A stretch of 64,000 nt of DNA from positions 10,044,001-10,108,000 of the forward strand of contig JBHGNT010000010.1 of NCBI GenBank assembly GCA_043228905.1, in the 5' to 3' direction. The notes beneath the pieces are model-generated. The model did no database searches. It worked only from the letters and a program-made list of their open reading frames with translations, and was not told the origin of the DNA. Below, one piece after another: positions 62,554 to 64,000 of this stretch (position 1 is the stretch's first letter; every line of letters begins with the position of its first letter). A program made the translations under genes and the position numbers. The stretch is from Azolla caroliniana. Its lineage: Eukaryota; Plantae; Polypodiophyta.

Positions 62554-64000
62554 CATGCAGAAATCTAGAGCTCATAAAGAAATATGTTGAGTTTCAACAC
62601 ATCAATGACTCTTTCGATGTGGCCTCGTAACTCATGACTGGAAAGTGCGAGTGGACAACCCTCTCAACCTTATCATGGTTTTGATCAACCTATGATTTTC
62701 ACCACATCAATCACTTTTCGATGTGCCCTTGTAATTATTTACCGGAAAGCGCGCTTTGAATAACTCCCTGACCCTTGTTATCGTTCTAAAAGATATATTG
62801 TTATCTAGTGTTTTATCAGTCAACAAAAGGGAAGGTAAGGGTAAAATATCTTCCAATATTGAATGTAATCTATATTCTTATATATGGGCTGTTACACATG
62901 CCGGCATGGCACCTAACTGTTACACATGGTGGCTGCCTGGGCTATGCACATGGTGCTTCGCATGGGAGTGGCTGGGACCAGACTGAGCTGGGACTGAACT
63001 GGATTTGGCTGGCCCGCTCCATAATATGTATAATGTCTTCCAACTTGAGTTAAATCCATGAAATTTATATACACAAGTTTTGCTTGTTTTAGTTACATTG
63101 ATAGTGACGATTCTTATGTCGATTCTTTAAACAACTTAGATTGTTCTTACTTCCCCAAAAAATATCTAGACATATTCCACTTCCATATTGTGTAAAAGGT
63201 TATTTTCCTCTTATCCACGCTTGGCTTTGAAACTTATGACGTTCTCCCATGGTGGAGAGTTTTTCATAATCAACATAATATACATAGTTGTAAGATGCCC
63301 CCATATGTCATCTATTTTCTAGATTGTTATTAGTGCATGCTGTAGTTCTATATATGAGTTGCTACAGTTTATGTTTATGCATATCAAAGAAAGTTAACTT
63401 GTTTAGAAGTGCTCTTTTTGGGTGATAGATGAATCTCTAAAGTTTGGTAAGGGTAATTTAATTGTGGTTATTAATGTGGGCCTAGGCCTTATACCATGAA
63501 AAACAAGTGCATCATGTGTCTGTAAAAATATAATGAAACGAGTTAATGAGAGGTTTGCTAACCCAGTGGATAGATGTGGTACAACTTTTGTTCATGAGAG
63601 GTATGTTGATATATATTTACTCTAGCTTGATGTTGTTGTACACTTTGTTGTTTTATGTACATTTTGCTTGTTAAGAAGTAAAATTTTAGTGATATACATT
63701 ATATTGTTAGTTTTGTTGTTTCATGTGCATTTTGCTTGAAAGATATGCTATTGTTTTTGAGCTTTGGGTTATGACTCAATTATTGAGTTTAGAAAACCAC
63801 ATTGTAAGGACACATAATGCCATAATTTGAGGAGAAAGAAAACTTTAGAATCTCATAATTGAAAGAGATGTTGTATATGTAACATGCCATTGGATACTAG
63901 AAGTCCCATTTTATAAAATTGAATATTAGCATCAAGGTTAGGATTGGATGTGCGACCAACTATTTCATTGAGCATTTATTCTAAAATGCCAATGTTATTG

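Overview
Eukaryotic, repeat-dense DNA, most likely from a non-seed land plant such as a fern. This is inferred from the plant tRNA-type primer-binding sites, Tcn1-like chromoviruses, a Penelope-like element and a plant-type epoxide hydrolase. About 59.9 kb is a nest of retroelements up to ~7 layers deep. An old minus-strand LINE (1-57188) carries a Penelope-like element and a chromovirus (A, 3480-56576). A holds Tcn1-like chromoviruses (B, C, E), tRNA-Trp-primed Ty3/Gypsy elements and related solo LTRs (D, F and others), an Arg-primed non-chromovirus Gypsy (G), three Copia remnants (H, I, J) and a LINE fragment. The only host gene is a 5-exon epoxide hydrolase pseudogene (60536-62553). Most notable observations: (1) eleven antisense tRNA-like A-box/B-box cassettes in the U3 of LTRs from two unrelated Gypsy lineages; (2) element G has a copy of the tRNA-Arg 3' end (an inverted PBS) where the polypurine tract should be; (3) a Penelope-like element with a hammerhead ribozyme, no C-terminal endonuclease and a 111-bp flanking duplication; (4) covarying self-priming sites in the chromoviruses; (5) CpG-centred 4-bp target sites; (6) two -1 frameshift signals with downstream stems or pseudoknots. 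All calls were made by eye and no searches were run. Element letters are my own labels.
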